Source of the DNA: Nemertoderma westbladi
Taxonomy: Eukaryota; Animalia; Xenacoelomorpha
DNA length: 61,951 nt
Direction of reading: 5' to 3'
Assembly: GCA_032718475.1 (NCBI GenBank)
Contig: JAUCBJ010004332.1
Span: 1 to 61,951, forward strand
The notes beneath the pieces are model-generated. The model did no database searches. It saw only the letters and a list, made by a program, of their open reading frames with translations, and was not told the origin of the DNA. A program made the position numbers and the translations under genes. This document shows positions 1-12,438 of the stretch, one piece after another. Within the stretch, counting starts at the first letter, position 1. Each line of letters begins with the position of its first letter.

Positions 1-92
1 AATTCTCCCTTAAGTGGATCGTCCCATGAGTGGTTTTTCAAGCCACATTTTGTTGTACCAAAACTACGAGCAATCAATATAACTGGGCTAAT
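1..92 (-). pseudogene. Degenerate BEL/Pao pol fragment of the element A family
   Basis: Near-identical, with small indels, to about 14904-14991 within element A pol (TTCTCCCTTAAGTGGA..GTCCCATGAGTGGTTTT..CAATATAACTGGGCTAAT). Runs off the window start. Confidence 0.75.
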
Positions 93-123
93 GGAACACT
101 GCATAAGTAACACATACTGACTG

Positions 124-796
124 TTCACCGCATTATTTTGCTTCTGTTATTAATTGGTGTTATGTTAATGTATATTGCTGATATATTTGGAGAATACCGA
201 TGAATAATCATAAAACCCCCAATCTTCTTGATTACTGAAGGTGAGAGGAACAGGTTTACCAGTAGCAACTGCGACTTACATTATAGTGGTTTTTTGTGTG
301 AATTAAATGCTATTTCATAATCCCTACATGTATCAGTTGCTATCCTCCTTATATATGATCAAATTCAGTGACGGTCGGCAGATCAGTGTGAAGCCGTGTG
401 AAGTAGTGTGAAGGTTAATAAAGCATCTCCTAAAGAATGCGCTTTTTACAAAACTCAGTAGCCATCTAGTTGTGATTAGTATAAGTCATAACTCTGTTTT
501 TTATACTTAAAGCGCCACGTCCTAAAGGAACTATTAATATTTCCCTGAAAGTAAATATATTGTCAGATTGTCATATTAACGATCAATTGAATAATACAGT
601 AGGTCTACACTGCAATCACTATCAAAGCATCCGAATCCAGTCTCCCTTAACTGTGGGTGAATGATCGCGCACAGGCTGGCTTCGGCTGATGTAACTTCAG
701 TACACTAGGTAATTGATATAGGCTAAAGTCGATTTATAAACAAAAGGACAACTAAAATTGGCAGGTTAAACTGCTAAAGGTCTAAAAGCGCGAACA
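124..796 (+). repeat. Older diverged partial LTR of the element A family, inverted relative to A
   Basis: Its reverse complement aligns to about 4167-4855. It ends in ..AAAAGCGCGAACA, the LTR 3' terminus. Confidence 0.85.
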
Positions 797-1404
797 CGTA
801 CAGAAGTATGTTTGTCCGATTTTTTTATAATTTTTTTTATCGAGTGTTATTGTTTACATAATTATGACGTATATTTGCCAACGCGCCCTTATTGCCATTG
901 ATCTGTTTACTCTGTGCCTCATTTTTATTATGTGTATTTAGTTTTGTTTTAGAACCGTCCTTGTTGTTTGTAACCTGGTTGTTTTCTCCTCGATCATAAT
1001 TTTACTGCTATCGAGTGTTAATAATAATATTTAATTGAATTTCTTTCGGCTAAAGATATATGTAGTGTTCGCCCTGTGTGTAGGTTATGATGTCCTGAGA
1101 TTTCTGGTCGAAGGACTTAAAGAAATCAACAAACAATACTAACTATAATCAATTACAACACTGAGTAATACAATTTAACAATACCTGTATACATTGTTAT
1201 TGTTTTGTATTGCTTTCTATATTGCTAGCCGGACGTCGTAATATTAGTAACAAAACAAATATTTACGAAATATTCTGTGATGTAATAATATAATAATTTA
1301 ATAATAATAATAGCCTTAACCAACAAATGCACTGAAATAAATATTTTATGAAAACTCTGCATTTATAAAACCTCAAATAGAAAATAGAAATCCAGCACAG
1401 GAGG

Positions 1405-1937
1405 TAGGGTGGCCACTCTTGACTACAGGAAAGTCCGGAAATTAATTATAGACCTAAAAGGTCACCCGAATAATAATTTTTAGTTTAAAGTGCAATATTA
1501 TGCAGTAATAGTGTCTCAATGGTGGGATGTGATGGGTTTTCTCCTGTGTTTCAATTTCACAATCACTTTACTTTTTGCTGTGGGCCTATGTGTAGTAGTC
1601 GTTACTGTGCAGAAGTAAGGGTAGGGCCGTGTCAGTGAAATATGTCACAAAAGCGGGTAAAAAAAGGTAAATCTTAAATAAAAGGTAATTCGAATTAAAT
1701 AAAGTCGTTCGTATTTCCTTCAGGCTCTCGTTTAATACTCAACTGTGGGAAATACGGTAATTGCTTTGTTAAATTCAATATTTAGTTTTATATATTCAAA
1801 GCGCTGCCCCCATAATGACCAAGTTGGCACGACCTTAATAAACAACTTATAGTTGAATAACTTATCGAAATATTATGTCTGTAAAGTTTGAAAAAACAAT
1901 CAGGGAAAACCAGAATCCGAATTGAGTGGCCACCCTG
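1405..1937. mobile_element. Putative hAT-type MITE
   Basis: TIRs TAGGGTGGCCACTC (1405-1418) and GAGTGGCCACCCTG (1924-1937), 13/14 match, with YAGGG ends. No TSD is visible. Confidence 0.5.
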
Positions 1938-2798
1938 AGAAATACCAAAATTTCAGAAATAAATACAATATATTATAATTATAGATAACTCAACATATAC
2001 TAGTAGACATAGTAGTACATATCTAGTAGAGATACAGTGTTTTACCGTATTAACATTTCCCAAAATACGTGATTTGGCGAGATACAGTGTTTTAGCGATG
2101 CTCCTAACTTGTAAACTATACTAAATGTAGAAAACGAATGGCACCACAAGAAAGAGCAGGTTCGAATTACTCAGAATCGATGTAAAAATTAAATCGAAAT
2201 TTTTCGAGATACAGTGTTTTACCATACAACGGCAGGGTAGCCCTACTGTCTTATCGACTGATTCATAAATACTGTTGTCATCAGGCCCGTACCGTGCGGG
2301 GGGGCTTTGGGGGCACTCCCCCCCCCCCCCCCCAGACAAGACCCACTGCCCCCCCCCCCCCCCCAGACCCCAGTCTCCCAGTCACGTCTGGTTCTCTTGT
2401 CTTGTTCACAATTAATTAATATTAATATTTTTGGTAATCAATATTATCGGATTCACATAGGCCTACTACTTCTGCCCACTGACCTGACCTGACTCCCCAC
2501 CATTCTATTTGGTCCAATTATAATGGCACTGGCACTGCCAGAGCCTGTGCCGACTCACAGGAGAGCTTATGTTTGTTGGCAGACCGCATATAGATTTTGA
2601 TAGTGATTGAATTACACTTCACTCTAGGCCTATCAGATTGCAGCTCATATAATTACTAAACATACACGGAAGCTCCAGGTTCTCTCATTGGCTACCAGGG
2701 CAGGGGTTGTTCTTGTTCGCTGTTGACCTATTGTCTGCAGTTTGGGAGCCAGCTTGCAGCTAATAGTAATAGGCTAGGCGCTGATGGTTGCTTGCGCT

Positions 2799-3307
2799 CA
2801 GGGGCGTACCCATGTTACAGTGGCACTATATTTTAACCCATACAATAAACTAAACACAATAGAACAGGTTACAGTTTTATTTTTGAGAGTAATCAGCTGT
2901 TATTTGCGTCCAATTTCCCCTGGAGAGGGATGAATTTTTATTGCGTCCAGTTTCCCCCCCTATCTGACCAGTGGATGCAAACGTTTTTTCCCTATAAATT
3001 TTTTTTGATACAATGTCCTGTTTAAAAGAGGAAAATTGTTCTATAAAATTGTGTATTTGTATTGGAAATATAAGAGAATCTGTAATTAGAATTATAAAAT
3101 TACACCGGTTTAATTTAAAATATATCAATTTAGACGGGGGAACACCACCTACAGTAGGTATAAATATCTATAATAACAGATATGAATAGAATATTACACT
3201 TATATTTTATTTATTACACACATTTTTTGGTAACATTCAAATTTTCTGACGGGGGGGGTAAACACCCCCACTACCCCCCCCCCCCCCTCCCCTTGGGTAC
3301 GCCCCTG
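2799..3307. mobile_element. hAT-superfamily MITE
   Basis: Perfect 14-bp TIRs CAGGGGCGTACCCA / TGGGTACGCCCCTG and a perfect 8-bp TSD CTTGCGCT (2791-2798, 3308-3315). Non-coding interior. Confidence 0.9.
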
Positions 3308-3676
3308 CTTGCGCTGGTTTACATATCTAAAATTTTGTTTTTTGTAATTTTAAACTTAACTTTTGACATATTTATGCCTAGAAATTTTAAACTCGACAGG
3401 TTTAATTAAATCCGACAAAGATATTGGCATGTCAATATCGTAACGACAACAACTATTTGCCAAAATTCCCCCACCTTCTAACAGTCCGTTTGTCAAGGCT
3501 CCGCCAACTTTGTGGCTCGCTCCACACACCTTTAAACAATATTGATTATACTTTATATACTAAATTAACTCCCACTTTGCTGTATGGTATGCCCCCCAAT
3601 CCCAGTTATGGGTTTGCCCCCCCAAATTTGGCCTCTGTCCCCCCAGATATAATTGGGTAAATCTTTTGCGTAGAGG

Positions 3677-3792
3677 TATAGCCTACATAGAGGCTACATG
3701 TAGGTAGGCTACATGTAGGTAGGTGTAGCCTACATGTAGGTAGTTGTAGCCTACATGTAGATGCACGTGTAGGGTGAATGTAGGTAGGTGTA
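3677..3792. repeat. Short tandem repeat of CTACATGTAGGTAG-like units
   Basis: Several degenerate copies built on the palindrome CTACATGTAG. Confidence 0.7.
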
Positions 3793-4166
3793 GTCCCATA
3801 GATATTAATGTAATTTAACATGATAACATGCAGTAACGGGATGCACGGTCGTCAATCCACAATCAGGGATGTAACGGTACTCTCCACGGTACATCAACGT
3901 GCAGACCTGTCTGCTGGCAGACAACAGACGGTTTTCTGTACAGTAAGCAGCAAACGTTGTTCTGATTTGTATGTTTATTAAGTAACATACAGTAACAGTG
4001 GACAGTCAACCATGATTGCGGTGACTAAGGACTACCATAACCCTGCCCCCCCCCCCCCCCCCTCAGCCCCTCTTTATCAACTGTACAGTCACTTTAGTAA
4101 TACTTGATGTACTTGTACTTCAGTAATATCAAGTCTACAGTATAGAATTAAATTCTGTACTCGTAC

Positions 4167-5369
4167 TGTTCGCGCTTTTAGACTTTTAGCAGTTTAACCT
4201 GCCAAATTTAGGTGTCTTCTAGGTTATAAATCGACTTTAGCCTATGACAAGTATTTGATACACATAAAGCTACATTAGCCGAAGCCAGCCTATGCGCGAC
4301 CATTCACCCACGGTTAAGGGAGACTGGATTCGGATGCTTTGACATAATTGCGATGTAGGCCTACTGTACTATTCGATTGATCGTTAATATATAATCTCTG
4401 ACAAATATTATTCACTTTCGAGAAATACTAACAGTTCCTTTAGGACGTGGCGCTCTAAATATGTAAACAGAGTTATGACTTACACTAAACGCAACGGGAT
4501 GGCTTATGATTTACGTATAAGGCGCATTCTTTAGGAAATGCTTTGTTATCTGTCACACTCATGCACACTACCTCACACTGCTGCACACTGATCTGCCGAC
4601 CTTCACTAATTTTAGTCATATATAAGGAGAATAGCAACCAACACATGTAGTGTCTATGAAATAGCATTCAATTCACTCCAAAACCACTATAATGTAAGTC
4701 GCAATTGCTATATGTAACCGGTCTCTAACCTTCAGTATATCAAGAAGATTGGGGTTTTATGATTATTTATCGATATTCTCCAAATATAACACATATCCAT
4801 CAACTGATAACAATTAATAACCAACAGTAAATAGCAGTAAAATAATGCGGTGAAAGTTGGGTAGGACGTAATGCATTGAGTTGACTGGACTGTACCGTGT
4901 GATTCGATTTGATATGATAACAGTTATACATTTCTATGATCAAAGCCGTTCTAATGTTTGGCTAAAGTCTGAAACACAGAATAATTCCACAGCCGATGTT
5001 CTGGGCTAGGAAAAAGGGTAAACAAAGACCATAATGCATTGCGCGATTTCCCGGAGGCCTCTGTGCAAATAAAATGAAAATCGCTCTGATTGGTTGAGTG
5101 AGTGAGCCTGAACAAAGGAAGCCAAAAGCTCCACGTCGACATATCAGCTGATAGATGTCGTCATCTGAACTACACTGCATCAAGAGTATTTTGGCGCATT
5201 GCGGCATAAGATAGCTTGTTATGTCCGCTAAAGTACACAAACAGAAAAATGGCTTTTTATGTCCACTAAAACACCTACACAGTAAGAAAACGGCTTTTTA
5301 TGTCCGCTAAAACACCTACAGAGTACTTTGCAGGGAAAATGACTAGCTAGATCCGCAAAAGCCTTTACA
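4167..5369 (-). repeat. 3' LTR of element A
   Basis: About 98-99% identical to 49684-50886. Preceded in element sense by a short purine tract GGGAGCGG (5370-5377). Confidence 0.93.
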
Positions 5370-5448
5370 CCGCTCCCAGAAAATGGGATTTAATTCTATA
5401 AAATATAAAAAAATCACAGTTTCTAAAATATAAAAATACTCTAAACAG

Positions 5449-8400
5449 TTAGTCTTTCTTGCGCGGACGGCATTTACGCAGTTTTTTAAGGTTAGCAAGA
5501 GTCCTTTTCTCATTGGGGTGAGCCACTTTACTAGGAAGGCTATAACTCCTGGGTGAAGGGTGCAATACAATTGCATCGGAAGGTTTGGGATTACGGTTGG
5601 TGTATCCGCTGGTCGAGGTACCTGGTTGATCGATATCAACCTCAGTAGAGCAAGGTCTAACGGCCTTTAGAGCGCGTTTTAGGACAGCAGCTCCTACTGG
5701 TCCCTGACAAGTTGTCTGAACGATAGCGGTAGGTGGACCATGAGTGGTGAGAAACTTCCTCGGTTTAATGGTTCTTTCCAACTTGCGTTCTTGGGCTCGA
5801 TATTCGTAGGGCCGTCAATGTACTTCCTGTAACTCTGGATGCGAGTTGATGAACAAATCGCCATACTCTGGGTCTTGACGGATGAAGTTGATCAAGTTGT
5901 ACGAATTAATATCGTTAGGATTGATGTTCCTGAGATATTTACAAACCAATTTGGTGGAAATACACTCACCAACACGCTTCATTAATTCATAACTCGGTGT
6001 GCGTGATTTTTGTTCAACAGACGCGAATAGATAAGGATGGAAAGCTTAAACTCCTTCATAGGCGCATCCAGGGTAATAGCGATGGCGTGACTCACAATGT
6101 AAATCCGCATCCGCTTCCCAAGCTCGGATGTAGCGCAGGGTAGTCATTTCATCTACGCTTTCCAGATCGCGGTTAAAAGGGCATTCAAAACTGGCATGTC
6201 CTTTAAGTTGACAATGATGGCATTGAGTCATAAATTGGGGGAAGACGGCGAAAATGTGCAAATTATTGAGTCTACAATACGCACAATAGATCTCCATCGC
6301 CGGTTGTTTGTGGAAATAGGAGCAGGGTACGTCTGAGTCCATGGGGGTGAGATGATCTCTCGATGCGCATAATCGGCAACGTTCTCAAGAAACATAGTTG
6401 GCGTGCCGATAATTGTATGCGGTGAGACATTGTGGACCTTGATACCATTCTAAGACGTAGCCGTTGTCACTGCTCCGGGGCGCTGTAGGCTGAATTTCCT
6501 CGGATTCTAAGCATATTGGATTGTCTTCCAATTGCATAGCTGAGGTAGGTGCGGCTGTCTCCTTAAGCGAACCCACTGTCTGAACTTCCACGATAGAATA
6601 ACCCGTGGGTATTTGAGGTCTTTGTATAACAGATGAATGTCAATTCTGTATACAAACGTCCTTGAAAATGGCGAATCCACCGCTGTCTAACATCTCAGCT
6701 TCTGAGTCTCTTAGGCTGAGCTTAGTCAGAGCGCGGTCTTTGAACTGACTATCAACGTTATGGAACGGAGTCAGAAAGCGCCTGAAACATTCGAAGCGGA
6801 TGAATTTATTGTGTTCATCTAGCTTGGCGAGTTTGGTTCCAAGTATTAAGGGATGGGCGCGTATAGTACGACTGCACACATCGGCTAGCCAACCGGCAAG
6901 TGCGGTGTTTTCAAAGATCGTATATATAGCTAAGGAGGGACAAAGTGGAACACTTATAAAGCTATACACGACGCCATGTGCGGTCAATGGTCCATCAAAG
7001 TATAATCGAGAATAATGATCTCCATATATTTGTTGATAGTTGATAGGATTTCCGACCTTGAAATTCCATCCGTATTCTTGAAAGGCAAGATGTCCGATGG
7101 AGGTTCGTTGTACTTTAGTAATGCCGCTGGGTGTATTGGCATACATAGTTCAGAAGAAACCTCGGCCTTCTGCCCAAGGAGCAATCAGCTGAGTATCTAC
7201 GAAAAGATATGGGATATTCTCCATGTTCCTAAAGTCGTTTTGGAGATCTCCATAAACAGCTGAGCCGATTTTAAGGATTCTTTTGTTAAACAACATCTCG
7301 AGCACGGGCTGGGGTAACATCGATCCATCGATACCCATGGCCGGTTTGCGCTCGGTGTCAGTGACATAACGCTGCGCGAGTTCGAATTGTCCATGTCGGA
7401 GTTTCTTTTGTATCTCGGTGAGGGTCTCAAAAGAATAATCAATCACATCGGAACACGCTTGAGTAAATACGTGGGTAGAACCAGATAGTCCTCGTATATG
7501 TATCATGCGCGTAGTTCCCAGTTCTCCAACCAGAACGCTACCTTTGTTATCGTAAGTGACAACTCCATACATCTCGATAACGTTAAGAGTTTCGTTCCAC
7601 TCTTTAGTGGCGTTTTCTAGGGTCATTCCCACTGGATGCCACAAGGTGGTGCATTTGCTAGCGTTAGGTAGATCTCTATACTTCAAATACTGTGTAGTAT
7701 ATGTTTCTACATCTCCATATCGTTGTATTCTCTCCTCTTCGAATAACACATTGAGATTCCAGTGGACTAATCGAGTTTTGATAAATCCATCAAGATTATA
7801 CGGAGGAATTATATCCTTCTCTATTCTGGAAACATTATAGGGTTTTCGGAATGAGTTTACTTTCACTAACTGATTCAGATGTTTCTGCAGTTGTTCGAGT
7901 TCGACAAGATCGAGAGGATTCATTAGTGGTAGAAACCTTAGACTATGTGTAGGATCTTCCGGTTTTACCATGTAATATTGAGTTAGATTGACATAATAAG
8001 GGTGATCTTTGATCCCATAAAACGAGTTCGGTAAAGGTCTAGCGCGTATGTTGACCTCGTGTACCATACGACGGACAAGATCAGCTCTATTGTCCGGAGG
8101 TTCTACGAGTATACCATCGACACGAGTGGCCTCGATTGGCGGACGTTGCAACATAAGAGCGTCAGCGATAAGATCTCGAGATCTTAGGTTGATATCAACC
8201 GGTTGTGGTTGTGCCGTGGCGAAGAGTTTATCTCCGAAATGGAGAACCATCAAAGGATGGATGATGGTTTTAGAATAGAGATCAGTCATAAGGATTTGAG
8301 CTTCTGGCTGGGCTAAAGCTGCTTCTTCTCTCTCATCCACTTCTATGTGTTTCTCCTTGATCTGATTTTTCTCCGCTTGTCGTTGTAAACACTCGTCTAG

Positions 8401-9686
8401 GAACTCTTGTAGAGAATAGGTTCGTCCAAGTTTGATGTCTTCCTCGAGGTTCTGGATTTCTCGATCGAATTGTGGTAAAGCTAATTCTTTCACCGCTTGG
8501 ACTTGTTGTTGCAATTTGCGTTTCTCTAGACAATCGTAAGTTCCTTTTCCAATCTTCTGCCGAATAGCGTCTAACGCGTTTCGACTTCGGTGACGGGTTG
8601 TATCGGGGTTAAACCGGGACGATTGTACGGGTTGAACGGTGATATTAAATGCCCGCGTCCCAATCCAGTTAGGTAGGAAGGGCGAATATCTAGCGAGCCC
8701 ACTACCGGAGTGCCACCGATTAATTGTTTGGGTAACACAAGATCTTTAAATAGTGAGTACAGTTCAGGGGGATCCGTTATACTATTAGGATCAAGCGTTT
8801 GATGTCTCACTAAGGAATGAGGAGGTCTGACCGAGTATTCTGGAACTCTGATCATGGGTTTATTTAAGGATCGTTTGAGTCGAGCGAGCGTAGGTGATAC
8901 GTCGAACAGGTTTTGCTCGAAACTTCCATAAGTATATCGTGTAAAACTGTGTTTAGCGCAACGTCTCCGCGGATGTTTATGTCTTTCTGTTTGCTGATTG
9001 GGTCTAGGGCATTCGTCGCAGTAATACCAAAGACGCACGTCCTGCAGTGGAAATGCGGGTGATCGTTCTCCAGTTTTACAATATTCCTCCATCTGTTTGA
9101 AGCTATCTGGGACAAAAGGTAGCGGTCGATCGGCGGTAAGATACATCATAGTGAAATAGAGCCGTTTGAGTTCTATCATAGGGTCATGATGTATACCTTG
9201 AGGATATCGAGTTTCTAGGTTCTGTTGACTGGCAATATTGAGATATGTTTCTCTCAAGAATTCCAGATAATCGTTGAAGTCGCTGCGTTTATCCGGCTTT
9301 TCAACGTCTTCTCTTTCGAGTCGGTTTCGAATAGAATTCTTGTGTTCTATTCTCGGTTTATCGTTCCGACTCCGCTGGGTATGATATTTAAATAAAACCA
9401 TTTCCCTTTCGGTGTCTACATCGTCCGTATCGTGTAAATCGATAGGATGGCCAGTAGTTAAGAAGTCCATATACGTACCATTATGATGCGTATAGCGAGC
9501 GGTAAATTTTCTATAGTCCAATTCACGTGTAAGTTGCTCCTGGGACATCGACGGTTCGATATAACAACCATTGTCCTCCGTAGTAGTTGGACTAGCGTTG
9601 CCGCGTATCAAGCTATCAACAAACGCTAGTAAAGGTAGAGTGTATCGCTCCCTGATACCAAGATCATCTTCTATCAACTCAGTCAT
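5449..9686 (-). pseudogene. Element A accessory ORF2 (about 1400 aa reconstructed): Cys/His N-terminal domain, DEDDy-like exonuclease, CCHC knuckles
   Basis: ORF 9686-8571, then one frameshift, then a single frame 8514-5449 with in-frame stops. Motifs: YDNKG; LPQPVLEMLFNKRILKIGSAVYGD; FVDTQ; SIGHLAFQEYGWNFK; YTIFE; CAYC..H; CHHCQLKGHASFEC. Confidence 0.75.
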
Positions 9687-10509
9687 AGTTGCTATATGAG
9701 TTTATTAATATTATAATGAGTTTATAATTAGGCTAGCGGGCGTCGCTGCCTACCCCTCTCGGCCCCCGGACAGTGCAAGATTCTCAGCACCGATGTACCG
9801 TCGTTGCTGTGTTTTTTGCCAACGTGTAGCTACACAACGACAACGATAACCAGCACGAGTCACTCCACTGTCCATCCCAAAGGCTTAGATTTACTTCAGG
9901 TTCTTACTGCAGAGTTAGGGCTACTTTCACAATTGCGACTCGCTACTGTAAACACACTTTAGTAGTAACATTCACCTATAAACGCACAAATTCCACACAA
10001 CTGTCACAAATTGTACGCATTCGGGCCATTTGTCCATTAGTCAAGTGCCTTCCAGAATGCCACGTTATTATTATGTACCCTTGGATACTAGCAGTGTGCT
10101 ATGTATTCTCTATGCAAAGCAATGGGGCAAGCTTTCTATTGTTCTCTTAACTCGCTTCTAATTCTATCGTGGTTGTTGCTATGGTGACATTATGGAAAGC
10201 TAGCGGTAGAATTAGGGTAATTCCCATGCATACAGATCTGGGATGCTATTTAATAGTAATTCTTTAATTGTCAATATTCCTCTTTATACATGATTTTATG
10301 AATTTTATCGGCTATTGACTATATATTGGAGATTCTCGCACACTAATATACTTAATAGGGTGAATCTCTGCTCCCATGATCTATTAATTAATGGAATTTT
10401 GGGAATGTTATAAATTGTATAAAAATGACAATTTATCAAATTCATTAAAAGATATGAATTTAAATTTATTCCCGTAAATTTTATTATTTAATATTAAATA
10501 GACACAATT

Positions 10510-10868
10510 TTATTCCAGAGCATGTCTGGGGACTAAGATCCTGAATTCTCTGAAAGTTGTCCTTTTAAGAGTATTGGTAAGTGCTACGATATCTTAATAG
10601 ACTAGAATTTTAAAGGATCTAAAATTTAACAGATTTTAATTTATAGATTTTCTAGAGTTAACTTTTAAGTATTTACTCTATTATATTTGTTTGACAGATT
10701 TTATAAATATTAATAGTTAATATTTAAGATGGGCACCGACTTATTCCAGAACATGTCTGGGGACGCTAACCACTGATTCTAGAATTTTGTCTTTCAAGTA
10801 TATCGGTGGGTGCCGCGATATCTTAATCGACTAGAATTACAGATGGTCAAAGGGTTTAACAGATTTAT
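10510..10868. repeat. Diverged ~130-bp direct repeat in the pol-ORF2 spacer of element A
   Basis: TTATTCCAGA.CATGTCTGGGGAC...CGATATCTTAAT.GACTAGAATT at about 10510 and about 10741. Confidence 0.7.
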
Positions 10869-12438
10869 TTGCGTTGTACACTACTGTTAAAGGGACATCA
10901 CGCTACTATATGTATTATTTAATATACGGTATGAGAGCAATATCGCAAGAAGCAATGTCAGTGAGAAGAGGCAAGTCGTTTCCAAGGTCTACCCAGAGCT
11001 TGGTTTAGCCGAGACACGAGGATTTGAATTTTGCATTACTAATACTCTACTTACCAATAATACTTGAATATAGTAGGAGCTTTATTGTACTTTAATAAGT
11101 ACGGATATTTCATCTTACTGTGGTCACGTATTTATAATATGATACGGACAGTAAGGAAAGAGAAAAATAATTATTTCTCGCCGTCGCACAAAATATATAA
11201 TATAGAAGTAATTAAGTAGTAAGACTAATATATTGCACTAATCTACTAAATAATCGCTAAAATAACATTCTACTAAATAAAATTAAAGAAAACGATTATA
11301 ATAAAATTACATAATAATACATACATAAATACTAGAAAGCCAGCAATCTGGCTGGAAAGAGCCCGGGGGAAAAGTCCTAGCCAAGACTATTACAAAGAAC
11401 TATGTCAGTCAGCAGTAAGTAAACTAAAATTGTCTAAACTGCAAGGCGTGAGGCTAGCTGACTTTGTGGCTCGCCCCACATAATAAAAAATGCAACTTAG
11501 CTACCACTAACAAAAATATAATATGAAGCAAATAATTTCATTATCAAGAACGTTTACAAGATATAAGATGCGATTACCAAATATTTATACAACCAGATAA
11601 ATAACAACGAATAGAGCCAAATAACAAATTTAGTTTCCTTCTATAGGTATTACCCCGTCGTCAAGCGGAATATCTCTTCCCAGTGAATTATATGTGAATA
11701 TGTAATATAGGTACTCCTTAGGCGGTAGGCCAGAGCGGGCTCCTTAAATACATGCAACTACTGTATTATAGTGTAGGTCAACTATAAAACATTTTGCAAT
11801 CCACAGTGAGTATCGACTGCAATAGGACACAGCACACTGCTTTGTGTAACTAAAATTCATTCTCCTGATCCACCCCCTAACATAGCAGAGTGAGTAACCT
11901 TATTGTAGATATACCCTTAGGAAGCACTGGGAGAGCAATCAGCTTAAGGGGTAATAATACATTAGAAACCAACAGCTTATGTGTGAGTAAACATTGCCTT
12001 TCCTTATAGCCTACTAGTAAAACTTGGCAACCAACACGTTTTTCTATGACTGTGTATAACATATTAAGCCATATTTCATCATGAACACCAGCTGTTATTT
12101 TACCATTGCTTTTAATTTCGCGACAAAACAATGTCAAAAAACTAAATATATCGAATACCACACATAGAATCGATCTGAAATTTTGTAACGCGATTATGAA
12201 CCACCAAAGCAATGTACTTGCAAAATTTCATCAAAATCGCCAGGCAGGAAGTGCCTTAACCTAGATAATTATCAGTCAGTATGTCAGTCAGTATGTCAGT
12301 CAGTGTAATGTATCCTGAGATTTTTACAGAAAGTATCCCTGAGATTCTTACAGTAAGTATCCTGCTGTCAAGCGGGCTCCTAATAAAAATAATAAAAATA
12401 TATGAAATAATATAGTCACACACCCACTCCTGACGCTA

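Noticed and set aside
2282-2370. CAGGCCCGTACC plus poly-G/poly-C as a further MITE end or Pro-rich ORF
   Set aside because: No partner TIR or TSD was found; the Pro runs are just homopolymer C tracts.
5449-9686. env gene in the ORF2 position (also in B and C)
   Set aside because: No signal peptide, transmembrane anchor or fusion-protein pattern; the motifs are nuclease and zinc-knuckle type.
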